Shown here piece after piece: positions 9,670 through 19,239 of a stretch of 64,000 bases of DNA. Positions within the stretch are counted from its first letter, which is position 1. Every line of letters starts with the position of its first letter. The translations under genes were made by a program, and so were the position numbers. The stretch is from an uncultured Chloroflexia bacterium (GTDB taxonomy: Bacteria; Chloroflexota; Limnocylindria; QHBO01), in the NCBI GenBank assembly GCA_963805305.1, contig CAWDTM010000002.1, forward strand, positions 389,346 to 453,345, written 5' to 3'. The notes below the pieces were generated by a model. That model had not been told where the DNA came from and searched no databases. It saw nothing but the letters and a program-made list of their open reading frames with translations.

Positions 9670-10758
9670 ATGCAGGTCACCATCGTCGGCCTGCCCGGCA
9701 GCGGCAAGACCACCGTCTTCAACGCCCTCACCGGCGTGCAGGCCGAGACCGGCGGCTACTCCGGGGGACGGGCGGCCCCCAACATCGGTGTCGTCAAGGT
9801 CCCCGACGAGCGCCTGGAACGTCTCTCGGAGCTCTTCCATCCTCGCAAGACCACGCCCGCGGACGTCACCTACGTGGACGTGGCCATTCCGGCAGGTGCC
9901 ACCCGGGAGGGAACCGTCTCAGCCGACCTCCTGGCCCAGATCCGCAACGCCGATGCATTGCTCCACATCGCCCGAGTCTTCGAGGGCGGCGACCGAGCTC
10001 CCGACCCGATGCGCGACATCGAGGAGCTCGACCTGGAATTCACGGTCGCCGACCTGACCGTGGTCCAGAAGCGACTCGAGAAGCTGCGCACCTCGGGTCG
10101 TCATGGATCCGCTGCGGAGCGCGAGGCGAACGCACTCGAGGAGTCCCTGCTCGAACGGCTGGAGCCGCACCTCGGGGAGGGGCTGCCGCTTCGGTCGCTG
10201 GCCCTCGACGACGACGAGGAGCATCGCCTGCGCGGCTTCCGGTTCCTGACCCAGAAGCCGGTGCTCCTGCTTCTGAATCTCGACGAGGGAAGCCTCGAGG
10301 GTGCCGCGGCGCGCGAGGAGGAGACGCGCGGCCGCTACCACCAGCCCCGGAGTGACGCCGCAGCCATCGCCGGCAAGCTGGAGGCCGAGATCGCGCAGCT
10401 CCCCGAGGATGACGCGCGGCTCTTCATGGACGATCTCGGCATACGAGAGGCTTCCCGGGGTCGGGTGATCCGCCTGACCTACGGTCTCCTGGGCCTCTTT
10501 TCGTTCTTCACCGCGGGGGAGGACGAGTGCCGGGCCTGGACCCTGCGCCAGGGCTCGACTGCGGTGGACGCGGCCGGCGCCATCCACTCGGACCTTGCGA
10601 GAGGCTTCATCCGCGCGGAGGTGGTCACCTATGACGACCTGATGCGGGTTGGGTCCATTGCAGAGGCGCGACGGCACGGGGTCCTGCGCGCGGAGGGCAA
10701 GTCCTACGAGGTCCGTGACGGCGACGTGGTCCAGGTCCTGTTCAACGTCGCCAAGTAG
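9670..10758 (+). CDS. ychF: Ribosome-binding ATPase YchF (Obg-family GTPase)
   Basis: MQVTIVGLPGSGKTTVFNALT at the N-terminus, G4 NxxD region, C-terminal TGS domain (…RAWTLRQGSTAVDAAGAIHSDLARGFIRAEVV…). The ORF track starts at 9643. The MQV start at 9670 gives the canonical 362 aa. Confidence 0.9.
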   Translation: MQVTIVGLPGSGKTTVFNALTGVQAETGGYSGGRAAPNIGVVKVPDERLERLSELFHPRKTTPADVTYVDVAIPAGATREGTVSADLLAQIRNADALLHIARVFEGGDRAPDPMRDIEELDLEFTVADLTVVQKRLEKLRTSGRHGSAAEREANALEESLLERLEPHLGEGLPLRSLALDDDEEHRLRGFRFLTQKPVLLLLNLDEGSLEGAAAREEETRGRYHQPRSDAAAIAGKLEAEIAQLPEDDARLFMDDLGIREASRGRVIRLTYGLLGLFSFFTAGEDECRAWTLRQGSTAVDAAGAIHSDLARGFIRAEVVTYDDLMRVGSIAEARRHGVLRAEGKSYEVRDGDVVQVLFNVAK

Positions 10759-10764
10759 TCGGTG

Positions 10765-11085
10765 TCAGGAGCTCTCGAGCTCGACGACCATGCTCCGGAA
10801 CTCGTCGCTCTGGTCGACGAGATACGTGTCACCGGCGTCCGACCCCACGCTCATGCTCGCGGTCAACTTTTCGTCACTGATGTACGTGAACCCGGCGCTT
10901 CGCTCGAGCTCCCGGGCGACGGCCTCGACGAGGGTGTCCTCCTCGAAGGTCTCGAGCACCGCAGCGCGTGCCTCCTGGACGAGCGCCGCGAAGTCCTCGC
11001 GACTGTGCCCTCGCTCGCTCACCAGGAGCGCATCGGTCATCAGGTCCGTGGCTCCCTCGTGGAGCTCGTAGAAGTAGAGCGGCAT
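10765..11085 (-). CDS. Small acidic hypothetical protein (106 aa)
   Basis: Balanced, non-artefactual composition on the minus strand, convergent with ychF. The overlapping + frame is only the spurious N-terminal extension of the downstream kinase ORF. Confidence 0.35.
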   Translation of the reverse strand: MPLYFYELHEGATDLMTDALLVSERGHSREDFAALVQEARAAVLETFEEDTLVEAVARELERSAGFTYISDEKLTASMSVGSDAGDTYLVDQSDEFRSMVVELESS

Positions 11086-11102
11086 TGACGGATCATAGCC
11101 CG

Positions 11103-12011
11103 ATGGAGGGCCACCCGCCTCTGGCGCCCGCGGCCGTCGACCTGCTGGTCGTCGGTGGTCTGACGGTCGATCTCTTCCCCGATGGACTCCGGACGGCGGG
11201 GGGTTCGGTGGTGCACGCGGCGACCGCCGGCGCGGCGGCCGGGCTGCGCATGGGCATCGTCACCGCGGCTGGCGATGAACCGGAGGCGCGCGCCGGCCTC
11301 GCGGCCCTTGGCAGGCTCGCGCTGGTTCACGCCGAGCGAACGGCGAGCAGCATCCTGTTCCGGCACGAGTCCGGGCCGACGGGTCGGCGCCTGGTCCTGA
11401 TCCACCCGGGCGAGGCGCTCGCCTGCCCGACACGCGCGTTCTCGCCGTCCGCGATCCTGTACGCGCCGGTGGCGGGCGAGTTCGGGGCGAACCTCGCCGG
11501 CCAGACGCACGAGGGCGCGACCACCGGCGCCATCCTCCAGGGTTGGCTGCGTCCGGTCGATGCGAGTGGCCGCGTTGGCCGAGGGCCGCTCACCATCCTC
11601 GAGCCCGCGCTCGTGCGGCGCCTCGCGGAGCTCGATCTCCTGTGCCTGAGCCTCGAGGACGTCGCGCTGGCTGGCGCCGTCGGCCCCGCCACGCCGGACA
11701 CCGTCGTGGAGGCGCTCCGTTCGCTGATCGGCGAGCGCCCGGTGCTGGCGGTGACGGCGGGTGCGCGCGGCGCGTGGATCGACCACGCCGGGGAACGCCG
11801 GCTCGTCCCGCCGCCGCGGGTGGTGTCTCCGCCGGATGGCAGCGATCCGCGGGCCGAAGGAGCGGCGACCGTGGGCGCCGGCGACGCTTATGCGGCGATC
11901 CTGCTCGCCGCGCTCGCGTCCGGCGAGCCGCCGGGTGAGTCCGCGCGCCTTGCCGCCGGGGAAGTCGTGCGATTTCTCCGCCGTCGGCAGGGCCAGCCGA
12001 CGGACCGCTAG
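11103..12011 (+). CDS. PfkB-family carbohydrate/nucleoside kinase (ribokinase-like)
   Basis: C-terminal pfkB signature VGAGDAYAAILLAAL. N-terminal GG motif LLVVGGLTVD. ATG at 11103 is in frame with ORF 10968..12011. Confidence 0.8.
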   Translation: MEGHPPLAPAAVDLLVVGGLTVDLFPDGLRTAGGSVVHAATAGAAAGLRMGIVTAAGDEPEARAGLAALGRLALVHAERTASSILFRHESGPTGRRLVLIHPGEALACPTRAFSPSAILYAPVAGEFGANLAGQTHEGATTGAILQGWLRPVDASGRVGRGPLTILEPALVRRLAELDLLCLSLEDVALAGAVGPATPDTVVEALRSLIGERPVLAVTAGARGAWIDHAGERRLVPPPRVVSPPDGSDPRAEGAATVGAGDAYAAILLAALASGEPPGESARLAAGEVVRFLRRRQGQPTDR

Positions 12012-13201
12012 GCCACCGCCCGACGGCGGCTGGAGCGCCGTTCGCGGGCCGTGAGCCAGCGGTCAAGGCGTCGGCGCCGTCGCTCGACGGCGATCCGCGC
12101 CGACCCGATGGCCGCCATGCCACCGCCTCGACCCAGCGCGAGCGCGAGGTCCAGGGCTCGGCTTGCCGCGGATACCGCGTCGAGTGCGCCAGGCAGGTCA
12201 CCGGCATGCCGCTCGCGGAGCCGGGCAACCTCCACCCATGCCCAGGCCGCCTCGACCGATGCCCCACGCGTCCCGTCGAGCCAGAGCCGTTCCGCGAGCC
12301 CCGTGTCTCCGGCGGCGACGAGAAGCCGGCTTGCGAGGCGCCGCAGCAGCAGCGAATCCGGGCCGGAGCTTCCCGCCAGGGCGTGCTCCAGGACCTCCCG
12401 GGCGGTGCCCGGCTCTCCGCGCCGGATCAGCTCCAGTGCGAACCCCCGATGGTCGAGCAGGCTCACCTCCCGCCAGGCGCCCGCCTCCAGGAGCGCGACC
12501 ACGGCCTCGAGGCGGGCGAGCGAGACGATGTCCTGGAGATTGTGATCCAGCACCGCGACCAGGGGCTCCGGCGAGCCGCCGCGGAGATAGCCGAAGTAAC
12601 GCAGGGGCACCTCGGCGCTGGGGCAGTCGCTCGCGCGGCGGACGCCCAGGATGCGGCTCTCGATGTCGGCGAGCCGAGCTCCGCCGAGGGGCCGCCGCCA
12701 CAGACGACGGGCGATGGGCAGCAGGTCGTCGTGGATCGCCGGCAGCGCAGCCTGTTCTGCGAAGAAGCCATGGACGGTGAGGCGCGAGGCGAGCAGCGGC
12801 ATGTCGAACCCTCGACCGTTGTAGGTGACGAGCCGCTCGCCGGCCGCCAGCTCCGCGCACAGCCGGCGGAGCAGACCTCGCTCGTGCGGATAGTCCGGCA
12901 GCAGGAGCTGGCGCACGACGAGCGTCTCGCCGCGCAGGACGCCCAGCCCGGCGAGGAACGGGACCGTCCCGGCCCCCGTCGACAGCCCGGTCGTCTCGGT
13001 GTCGAAGTAGACCGCCCGCGAAAGCCCGCCCAGGGCGGCGGCCTCCGCGGGCTTGAGACGAACGGCGCGCTCCAGGACCACCGTGGCGGCACCATCGGCG
13101 ACCTCGAGCCGGGCCCCGAACCAGCGCGCGAGCTCCGCCTCGCGACCCGGCCTCCGCTCCAGGGGGAGCGAGGGCCGGGTTGGGCGCGTGGCGCGGACCA
13201 T
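12008..13201 (-). CDS. mrfB: RNase-H-fold (DnaQ-like) 3'-5' exonuclease domain protein with C-terminal helical/TPR-like region, MrfB/YprB-like
   Basis: Exonuclease motif I VYFDTETTGL and motif YNGRGFDMPLL of the YprB/COG3359 family. Lies immediately downstream, on the same strand, of a DUF1998 helicase. The start at about 13201 (MVRATRP) was chosen to avoid a long overlap and is uncertain. Confidence 0.65.
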   Translation of the reverse strand: MVRATRPTRPSLPLERRPGREAELARWFGARLEVADGAATVVLERAVRLKPAEAAALGGLSRAVYFDTETTGLSTGAGTVPFLAGLGVLRGETLVVRQLLLPDYPHERGLLRRLCAELAAGERLVTYNGRGFDMPLLASRLTVHGFFAEQAALPAIHDDLLPIARRLWRRPLGGARLADIESRILGVRRASDCPSAEVPLRYFGYLRGGSPEPLVAVLDHNLQDIVSLARLEAVVALLEAGAWREVSLLDHRGFALELIRRGEPGTAREVLEHALAGSSGPDSLLLRRLASRLLVAAGDTGLAERLWLDGTRGASVEAAWAWVEVARLRERHAGDLPGALDAVSAASRALDLALALGRGGGMAAIGSARIAVERRRRRLDRWLTARERRSSRRRAVA

Positions 13202-13242
13202 CGCCAGTCGGTCGGCGAGGGTCCGCCCGCCGAACGTCTCCC

Positions 13243-15534
13243 TCACGGGTTGCCCGACATGCCGACGAGCAGCTCCAGGACGGTGATCTTTCCACGGTGC
13301 CCGACCTCGGTCGCCGGGCCGACGCACGCGGGGCAACCGTCGGTGCACGGGCAGCTCTCGACCGCCTGGCGGGATGCGCGGATCAGCTCATCGGTCAGGT
13401 CGAAGAGGCGCTCCGTCAACCCCACCCCACCCGGGATGGCGTCGTACAGGTACAGCGTTGGCCGCCCGGTGAACGGCGCCTGCACCTGGGCCAGCACGCC
13501 GAGATCGCGGGGGTCGCACATGAGGAGCAGGGAGGCGGTGGTTCGCACCAGTCGGGCGAGACCGATGAGCGCACCGTCGAGCGTGTCGCGGTCGTATCGG
13601 TTGACCAGTACCGCGGGCGGCACAAGCCAGGTTGCGGTGGTGTGCATCTCCTGCTCGGGCAGGTCGATCGAGCCCCACCCGACATTCTCATGGGTGTGGT
13701 ACTTGATCTTCTTGAACATGGTCACCTTCCAGGCGACCATCACCTCGCCCCGCTGCCGTTTGCCGGCGGGCGGTGCATCGGCCTCGTCGAAGACCTCGAG
13801 CACCTTGAGGGTGATGCCCAGGTCGGCATCGGTGTAGTAGTCGACGTCGGTCCGGGTGACGAAGGCCTTCCGCTCGTCCCAGTCGAGGAGATCCACGTGG
13901 TACTGCACCCCCTCGTGGATGTAGATCGCCTTGGGATGGACGAGCAGGGGAGCGGCGAACAGGTCGACCTCGCCGAGCACGCGGTTCCGGTCGCCGGTGG
14001 TGTCCACGATGACGACGTTCTCCGGCGCGCCGCTCCGCAGCCCGAAGTCGCTCGCCGGGAAGTTCTCGTGGCTCCAGTAGTAGCGATCGTCCTCCGCGTG
14101 GCGGATCCAGCCGTCCTCCTGCAGGACCTCGAGCAGGGTGGATGTCTCGTCGATCCCGAACCGTTCGTCGGAGGGCACGGGCAGCTCAAAGGTCGATGCC
14201 CGCAGATGGTTGAGCAGGACATGGAGGTTGTCCGGGTTGACGAGGCCGTGCTCCGGCGAGCTGTCGAAGAGGTACTCGGGGTGGGTGGCCAGGAACTGGT
14301 CGATGGGTCCCGAGGAGCAGACGAGGGCCGAGAGGCTCGTGCCGGCCCGTCGGCCCGAGCGGCCCATCTGCTGCCAGGTGGATGCGATGGTGCCCGGATA
14401 CCCGATGCTGATTGCCGCGTCAAGTCCACCGATGTCGATCCCCAGCTCCAGCGCGTTGGTCGCCACCACGCCGCGCACGCGTCCCTCGCGGAGCCCGCGC
14501 TCGATCTCAGCGCGCTCGTTCGGCAGGTACCCGCCCCGGTAGCCGCGGATTGAGTGGGGGTGGCCGGGCGGTGGCGCGAACGCCTCCTGAAGATAGGTGG
14601 TCAGCACCTCGACCGAGGTGCGCGAGCGGCTGAAGGCAATGGTCTGCACGCCGTTCGCGATGAGCCGCTCGGCGATGCGCTGGCCGGTGAGGAGCGCCGA
14701 GCCACGAATGCCCAGCTGCTCGTTGGCGACCGGCGGGTTGACGACCAGCACGTGGCGGCGGCCGGACGGCGCCCCGTTGTCGTCCACCAGCTCCACCGGT
14801 GCTTCGAGAATCGCCTGCGCCAGCTCGCGGGGGTTTGCGATCGTGGCGCTGGCGCAGATGAACGTGGGGTCCGAGCCGTAGTGATTGCAGATCCGGCGCA
14901 GGCGGCGCACCACGTTCGCGACGTGGGATCCGAACAACCCGCGGTACGTGTGCAGCTCGTCGATCACCACGTACTCCAGGTTCTCGAAGAGCTTGAACCA
15001 CTTGGTGTGGTGGGGGAGGACCGCGGCGTGGAGCATGTCCGGGTTGGTGATCACCACCTGTCCGGCCGCCCGTACGACGGCTCGCACGTTCGGCGGCGTG
15101 TCGCCGTCGTAGGTGTGGGTCTTGAGGCCGATCCCGCTCGCGTCGGCGAGCGCGCGCAGCTCCACGAGCTGGTCGGCGGCGAGGGCCTTGGTGGGGAAGA
15201 GGTACAGCGCCCGCACCGTCTCGTCATGGGCGATCGCGTCGAGGACCGGCAGGTTGTAGCACAGGGTCTTGCCCGAGGCGGTGGGCGTGACGACGACGAC
15301 GTTGCGGTGCGCGACGGCGTGGGCGTAGGCCGATCCCTGGTGCGTGTACGGCGCCTCCACGCCCCGGGCGCGGAGCCCGTCCGCGATGCGGGGATCGATA
15401 GTCGCGGGCCACGCGGCGTACCGCGGTGGGCGGGGTTCGAGCTCGCGGTGGGCCACGATGCAGGGCGCAACCGCCGGGTCGTCGAGCAGCGCCGCGATGG
15501 CGCCATCGGTCCCGGTCGATCGGGTGGTCAGCAT
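13243..15534 (-). CDS. mrfA: DEAD/DEAH-box helicase with C-terminal DUF1998 Cys4 zinc-binding domain (MrfA/YprA-like)
   Basis: Walker A TPTASGKTL, DEAH-box VVIDELH, helicase C domain. C-terminal CPCTDGCPAC…GH motif characteristic of DUF1998. 763 aa. Confidence 0.85.
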   Translation of the reverse strand: MLTTRSTGTDGAIAALLDDPAVAPCIVAHRELEPRPPRYAAWPATIDPRIADGLRARGVEAPYTHQGSAYAHAVAHRNVVVVTPTASGKTLCYNLPVLDAIAHDETVRALYLFPTKALAADQLVELRALADASGIGLKTHTYDGDTPPNVRAVVRAAGQVVITNPDMLHAAVLPHHTKWFKLFENLEYVVIDELHTYRGLFGSHVANVVRRLRRICNHYGSDPTFICASATIANPRELAQAILEAPVELVDDNGAPSGRRHVLVVNPPVANEQLGIRGSALLTGQRIAERLIANGVQTIAFSRSRTSVEVLTTYLQEAFAPPPGHPHSIRGYRGGYLPNERAEIERGLREGRVRGVVATNALELGIDIGGLDAAISIGYPGTIASTWQQMGRSGRRAGTSLSALVCSSGPIDQFLATHPEYLFDSSPEHGLVNPDNLHVLLNHLRASTFELPVPSDERFGIDETSTLLEVLQEDGWIRHAEDDRYYWSHENFPASDFGLRSGAPENVVIVDTTGDRNRVLGEVDLFAAPLLVHPKAIYIHEGVQYHVDLLDWDERKAFVTRTDVDYYTDADLGITLKVLEVFDEADAPPAGKRQRGEVMVAWKVTMFKKIKYHTHENVGWGSIDLPEQEMHTTATWLVPPAVLVNRYDRDTLDGALIGLARLVRTTASLLLMCDPRDLGVLAQVQAPFTGRPTLYLYDAIPGGVGLTERLFDLTDELIRASRQAVESCPCTDGCPACVGPATEVGHRGKITVLELLVGMSGNP

Positions 15535-15626
15535 GGCGAGGGGGGAATAGAACGCATGTTCGATAGGCTAGCACCCGCTGACGTCGCCGGTGCGCCCGAC
15601 GTGCGGCAAGGCATGCGCAGCTTTCC

Positions 15627-15656
15627 TTGACGCTGTGGAAAACGCGCCCCTAGACT
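15627..15656 (+). promoter_or_regulatory. Putative sigma-70-like promoter (TTGACG - 18 nt - TAGACT) in the divergent region upstream of the ftsB-like gene
   Basis: Hexamers TTGACG at 15627-15632 and TAGACT at 15651-15656 are read directly from the sequence. They sit about 10 nt upstream of ORF 15666. Spacing 18 nt. Confidence 0.3.
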
Positions 15657-15665
15657 GCCGTCAGG

Positions 15666-16109
15666 ATGACCGGCATCGACCTCCCGGCCGCACGCGCGGG
15701 GCGCGGCGGCCGGCCCACCCCCCGTGGTCCGCGTGTGCGGCTGCCCGGGAGTCGGGCGGGCGTGACCTGGCTGGTCGTGCTCGTGGTCGTGGGAGGGTTG
15801 CTGGCGATTCAGGTTGGCCGGCAGGTGTATGCGAACTATTCGATCACCCAGCAGGCGGCAGCCCTCCAGGATCGGATCACCGCCATGGAGCAGCAGAACG
15901 ATCAGCTGCGCCAGGAGCTGACGTACCTGGGATCCGACGCGTTCGTCAGCGCCGAGGCGCGTCGCCTTGCCAACCTGGGTCACTCCGGCGATCAGCTGCT
16001 CATCATCCCGCCCGGTTCCGAGGCCAGCCTGCCGGCCGCCCTGCAGGCCGCAGCACCAGCCCCCAAGCCGTTGCTGGAGCAGTGGGTGGACCTCTTCTTC
16101 GGTCGCTGA
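15666..16109 (+). CDS. Septum-formation initiator family protein (FtsB/DivIC-like)
   Basis: Single TM helix (WLVVLVVVGGLLAI). Coiled-coil segment (ALQDRITAMEQQNDQLRQEL). Conserved C-terminal motif region typical of the FtsB/DivIC family. Confidence 0.5.
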   Translation: MTGIDLPAARAGRGGRPTPRGPRVRLPGSRAGVTWLVVLVVVGGLLAIQVGRQVYANYSITQQAAALQDRITAMEQQNDQLRQELTYLGSDAFVSAEARRLANLGHSGDQLLIIPPGSEASLPAALQAAAPAPKPLLEQWVDLFFGR

Positions 16110-16438
16110 GCTTCCGCGCTGCGCTCGCATGCCGCAGAGATAGGCCGGTTTCGCGACAGCTCGCGTGTCGCACTGCGATTGCCCGACGGTTCGCTGCCAG
16201 GCGTGCGGCGGCGCGTGCACGCGTCCCTGCCAAGCGGGATGCTCCCCAATTTCGATGCGCAGCACGGCCCATTCCGCGAGGCCGAACGGCACTTGAACCG
16301 TCGAGCCTGCCGCGTGACGATGCCGGTCGGCAGGGTTGTAGACGTCAGCGACTCGTGATCGCGCGAGTCGGAAGGGTCGACGAGGCTGCGCGGAGTCTCT
16401 GACGGAAATCTGGATCCGTCGGCCCACGGAGGCGCACC

Positions 16439-16630
16439 ATGACGCTTCGAAGCACGACCCACTCGGGCCGCGTCTCCTCGTACGCGCACCTTGATCCCGC
16501 CTGGATGCTCGTCATCGCCGCGGTGGTCGTAGGGCTGCTGCTCATCCTGACCTGGGTCTTCGGGTTCAATGCAACCGGACCGTCGCTCGAGACGGTTCCC
16601 GACCCCGCGGGGCTCTATCTGTCGTTCTGA
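16439..16630 (+). CDS. Small hypothetical membrane protein (63 aa)
   Basis: ATG start and one hydrophobic helix (WMLVIAAVVVGLLLILTWVF). No other support. Confidence 0.2.
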   Translation: MTLRSTTHSGRVSSYAHLDPAWMLVIAAVVVGLLLILTWVFGFNATGPSLETVPDPAGLYLSF

Positions 16631-16698
16631 GGGCGTCGGGCGCCCTGGCGCGGTTGCCGATCGGGCGCTCCTCGGCTATAGAATTAGGCTCGCTCCGT

Positions 16699-16737
16699 GG
16701 CGGAGTAGCTCAGTGGTAGAGCAGGGGACTCATAAGC
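16699..16737 (+). pseudogene. Truncated tRNA fragment: 39-nt exact copy of the 5' half (acceptor arm, D arm, anticodon stem and loop) of the tRNA(CAU) at 19240
   Basis: GGCGGAGTAGCTCAGTGGTAGAGCAGGGGACTCATAAGC is identical at 16699-16737 and 19240-19278. The sequence diverges immediately afterwards. Confidence 0.6.
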
Positions 16738-16899
16738 TTCCGGATCTATCCGCTGTGGTCCCGAGCTCAGAGTCTGAGCACGAATCTGCTCAGTTATATG
16801 CTCTATCGCCGCCAAACCCAAGAGCACATAACTCCCGTTCGGCACATACCTGATTCAGACGCGCCCTTGGACATGGCCTCATTCGGGTAGTCTGGCAGC

Positions 16900-17250
16900 G
16901 TGTCCGCCCGAACGAAGATCCCGGAGCTCGACCTTGCCAGGATCCGGCGGTTCGTCGAGGTACGCGTGCCACCGCACGCCAGGCATCAGGTCCGACTCGA
17001 GGTGCAGGTCGAGGGCACTGGGGTCACGCTCCTCGAGCGCCGTGCGCCCTGGAGCGCCGACATCGGACCCGAGTGGACCCGTCTTCCGATCGCCCGACTC
17101 CGGTACTCGCCGACGCATGCCAAGTGGACGCTGTTCTGGCGCGATCGCCATCTGCGCTGGCATCGGTACGACAGGATCGACTCAGCTGCCAACGTCGACC
17201 CACTGCTCGCGGAGATCGACGCGGATCCGACGGCGATCTTCTGGGGCTGA
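16900..17250 (+). CDS. DUF3024-family protein
   Basis: 116 aa. Motifs …WTRLPIARLRY…KWTLFWRDRHLRWHRYD… match my recollection of DUF3024. Sits inside the lower-GC islet. Confidence 0.45.
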   Translation: MSARTKIPELDLARIRRFVEVRVPPHARHQVRLEVQVEGTGVTLLERRAPWSADIGPEWTRLPIARLRYSPTHAKWTLFWRDRHLRWHRYDRIDSAANVDPLLAEIDADPTAIFWG

Positions 17251-17353
17251 TGGCCTGAAGCGGACCCGAAAGAGGTCAGTCCCTGGTTCTCTGCGTCGCG
17301 CCGTCGAGTTAATGGCAGGGCTCGATCCTGGACCGGATGCTTGCGAACCCGGC

Positions 17354-18247
17354 CTAGGCGCGATGTGGCTTCCTCAGCCAGTAGACGAAGTCGACGAGCC
17401 AACGATCGAAGGCGGTCGCGAACTCGTCCCCAAGCGCGTTGAGGTTCGGGCCCGGAATGCCTTCGGCGGAGATCCTGTCGATAACCGAATCGACTACACG
17501 GCGCGCCTCAATCGCCCGGACCGGTGTCGACATGCCATCTCGTTCAGTGAAGCGCAGGACTTCGAGCGCGACACCGAACCGAGCCACCCAATCCGGCTGA
17601 GCTACCTGCGGGCTGAGCCCTGGTAAGACAGCGCCCTTCGAGGTCAGGAAGATGCGCCGTTCGTTGCCCGCGGTGCGTGCGGTGAGCAGCCCAGCCAGGA
17701 GCAGGGCATCCACGGCAGACGCGACGTTCGGCTTCGTGAACCGCGTCTGTCGGGCGAGATCGGCAACACTGAGCCCCCCAGGGAACGACGCGAGCAGGGC
17801 TGCCAGCACATCGGCCCGGGCATTGACCCCGAAGGCGGCACGCAGCCGAATACGGAGCCTTGCCTGTGGCAGGGCCGAGTCGATGCGTGCCTTGTTGCGG
17901 CGGGCGTAGTCGGCACGCGGCTGGGTAGCCATGGGCCAGGCTGGCCCCCCGGCGGCCGTAACGGTGGCCACGTACTCGCCGATCGCCTCCTGCGGGGTGC
18001 GGAGCTCGTGGACCACCTGCTTGAGGCGGGACCCGTTGACGTAGCGGCCATAGGTGACGCACCAGTCGGTGCTGAGATCCCGGAGGCGCGAGTCGGCATC
18101 GCCCAGCTCGGCGGTCAGAGCGATGAGCGCCTCCGGATCAACGACCGCATCGTCGCGCTCACCAACGGCATCAACACCGAGGGCGATCCATTGGATCCAG
18201 GCCCGATTGAGCAGTGCGCTCTGAAGCGCGCTAGGCGAGCGAAGCAT
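17354..18247 (-). CDS. Winged-HTH domain protein, possible antitoxin/regulator partner of the upstream nucleotidyltransferase
   Basis: Segment ADVLAALLASFPGGLSVADLARQTRFTKPNVASAVDALLLAGLL is a MarR/ArsR-like wHTH. The ORF track extends to 18373. The start at about 18247 was chosen to minimise overlap with the upstream gene and is uncertain. Confidence 0.4.
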   Translation of the reverse strand: MLRSPSALQSALLNRAWIQWIALGVDAVGERDDAVVDPEALIALTAELGDADSRLRDLSTDWCVTYGRYVNGSRLKQVVHELRTPQEAIGEYVATVTAAGGPAWPMATQPRADYARRNKARIDSALPQARLRIRLRAAFGVNARADVLAALLASFPGGLSVADLARQTRFTKPNVASAVDALLLAGLLTARTAGNERRIFLTSKGAVLPGLSPQVAQPDWVARFGVALEVLRFTERDGMSTPVRAIEARRVVDSVIDRISAEGIPGPNLNALGDEFATAFDRWLVDFVYWLRKPHRA

Positions 18248-18821
18248 CGGCGTCCTCCACGCCAAGCTCGGCGAGCGTCCGCACGAGCAACGAGCGGAAT
18301 CCTGGCGACGGATCGTGGGTGACCGTCCAGCGGGCCGCGGCGATGAGCCCGTCGTGATCCGGATCAAGTTCACGCAGGTCCTGCATGTGCCGACTGCGAG
18401 GTCCCTGGTCCACGGCCGCGTAGAGCTTGAAGCAGACCATGTCGAAGCGACCCGCGAGCCAGGTCACCAAGCCGCCAAAGTCACGGCGCTCGAGACGCTC
18501 GAAAAAGCCATTCGGGAGGCCGAGGTCAAGGAGCGACTCGGGTCCCAGGTTGATCCAATCGCTCGCAAGACCGTACGTGCGGCCGACGTCGGCGACCGCA
18601 TCGCGGAGCGGTGCTGGCATTGGTCGCATGGGCTTGACGCCATCGGGCGCCCATTCGCCCAGAAGATCGAGATCCTTCGTCGTCGGTCGCGACACCAGCT
18701 CGCGTAGGATGAGATTGCCGCCACCGATGAGGACGACTTCGTAGTGCAGACCACGGGCCTCGAGGAGCTCACCGAGTGCAGTCAGTGCGGCCTCGAGCTG
18801 GGATCGGCCGATCGATATCAT
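18231..18821 (-). CDS. Nucleotidyltransferase-fold protein (AbiEii/DUF1814-like minimal NTase)
   Basis: NTase signature hGGG-x13-DLDLL (VVLIGGGNLILRELVSRPTTKDLDLLG). 196 aa. Directly upstream of the wHTH gene on the same strand. Confidence 0.55.
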   Translation of the reverse strand: MISIGRSQLEAALTALGELLEARGLHYEVVLIGGGNLILRELVSRPTTKDLDLLGEWAPDGVKPMRPMPAPLRDAVADVGRTYGLASDWINLGPESLLDLGLPNGFFERLERRDFGGLVTWLAGRFDMVCFKLYAAVDQGPRSRHMQDLRELDPDHDGLIAAARWTVTHDPSPGFRSLLVRTLAELGVEDADASLA

Positions 18822-19239
18822 CTCGCCACCCTAGACAGGCTGCGGTGAAAAGTCAATCTATCGAATCGCTAAACTGACAGTGCCATTGGCGCGCACATAT
18901 CGCGGTTGTTCGTGATAGGCTGCACCCGGGAGGATGGAGAGGGGTGGAGGACCCCACCAGGTCGATGTGGAGGTGACCGCCAACGCCATAACCACGTTCG
19001 AGAGCTACCACGTTCCCATCGAGTAGCGAAGTCAGACCCACGGCGTGTGCTACGTGCGACTCGGCCGCAAGCCACTTCGGCGCGCAATCCGCCGGCGATG
19101 GCCGACTGGGCCGCAACTGGTCGAAATGCGAAACGGCGGCTGGCCGGGAACCCCGAGCAGTTGTGTGCTGTGGCACGGTTATGTGCTGTATCACCGGCGG
19201 TTGCGGCGGTCGCTCACGCTCAGTACTCTTGATCGACGT

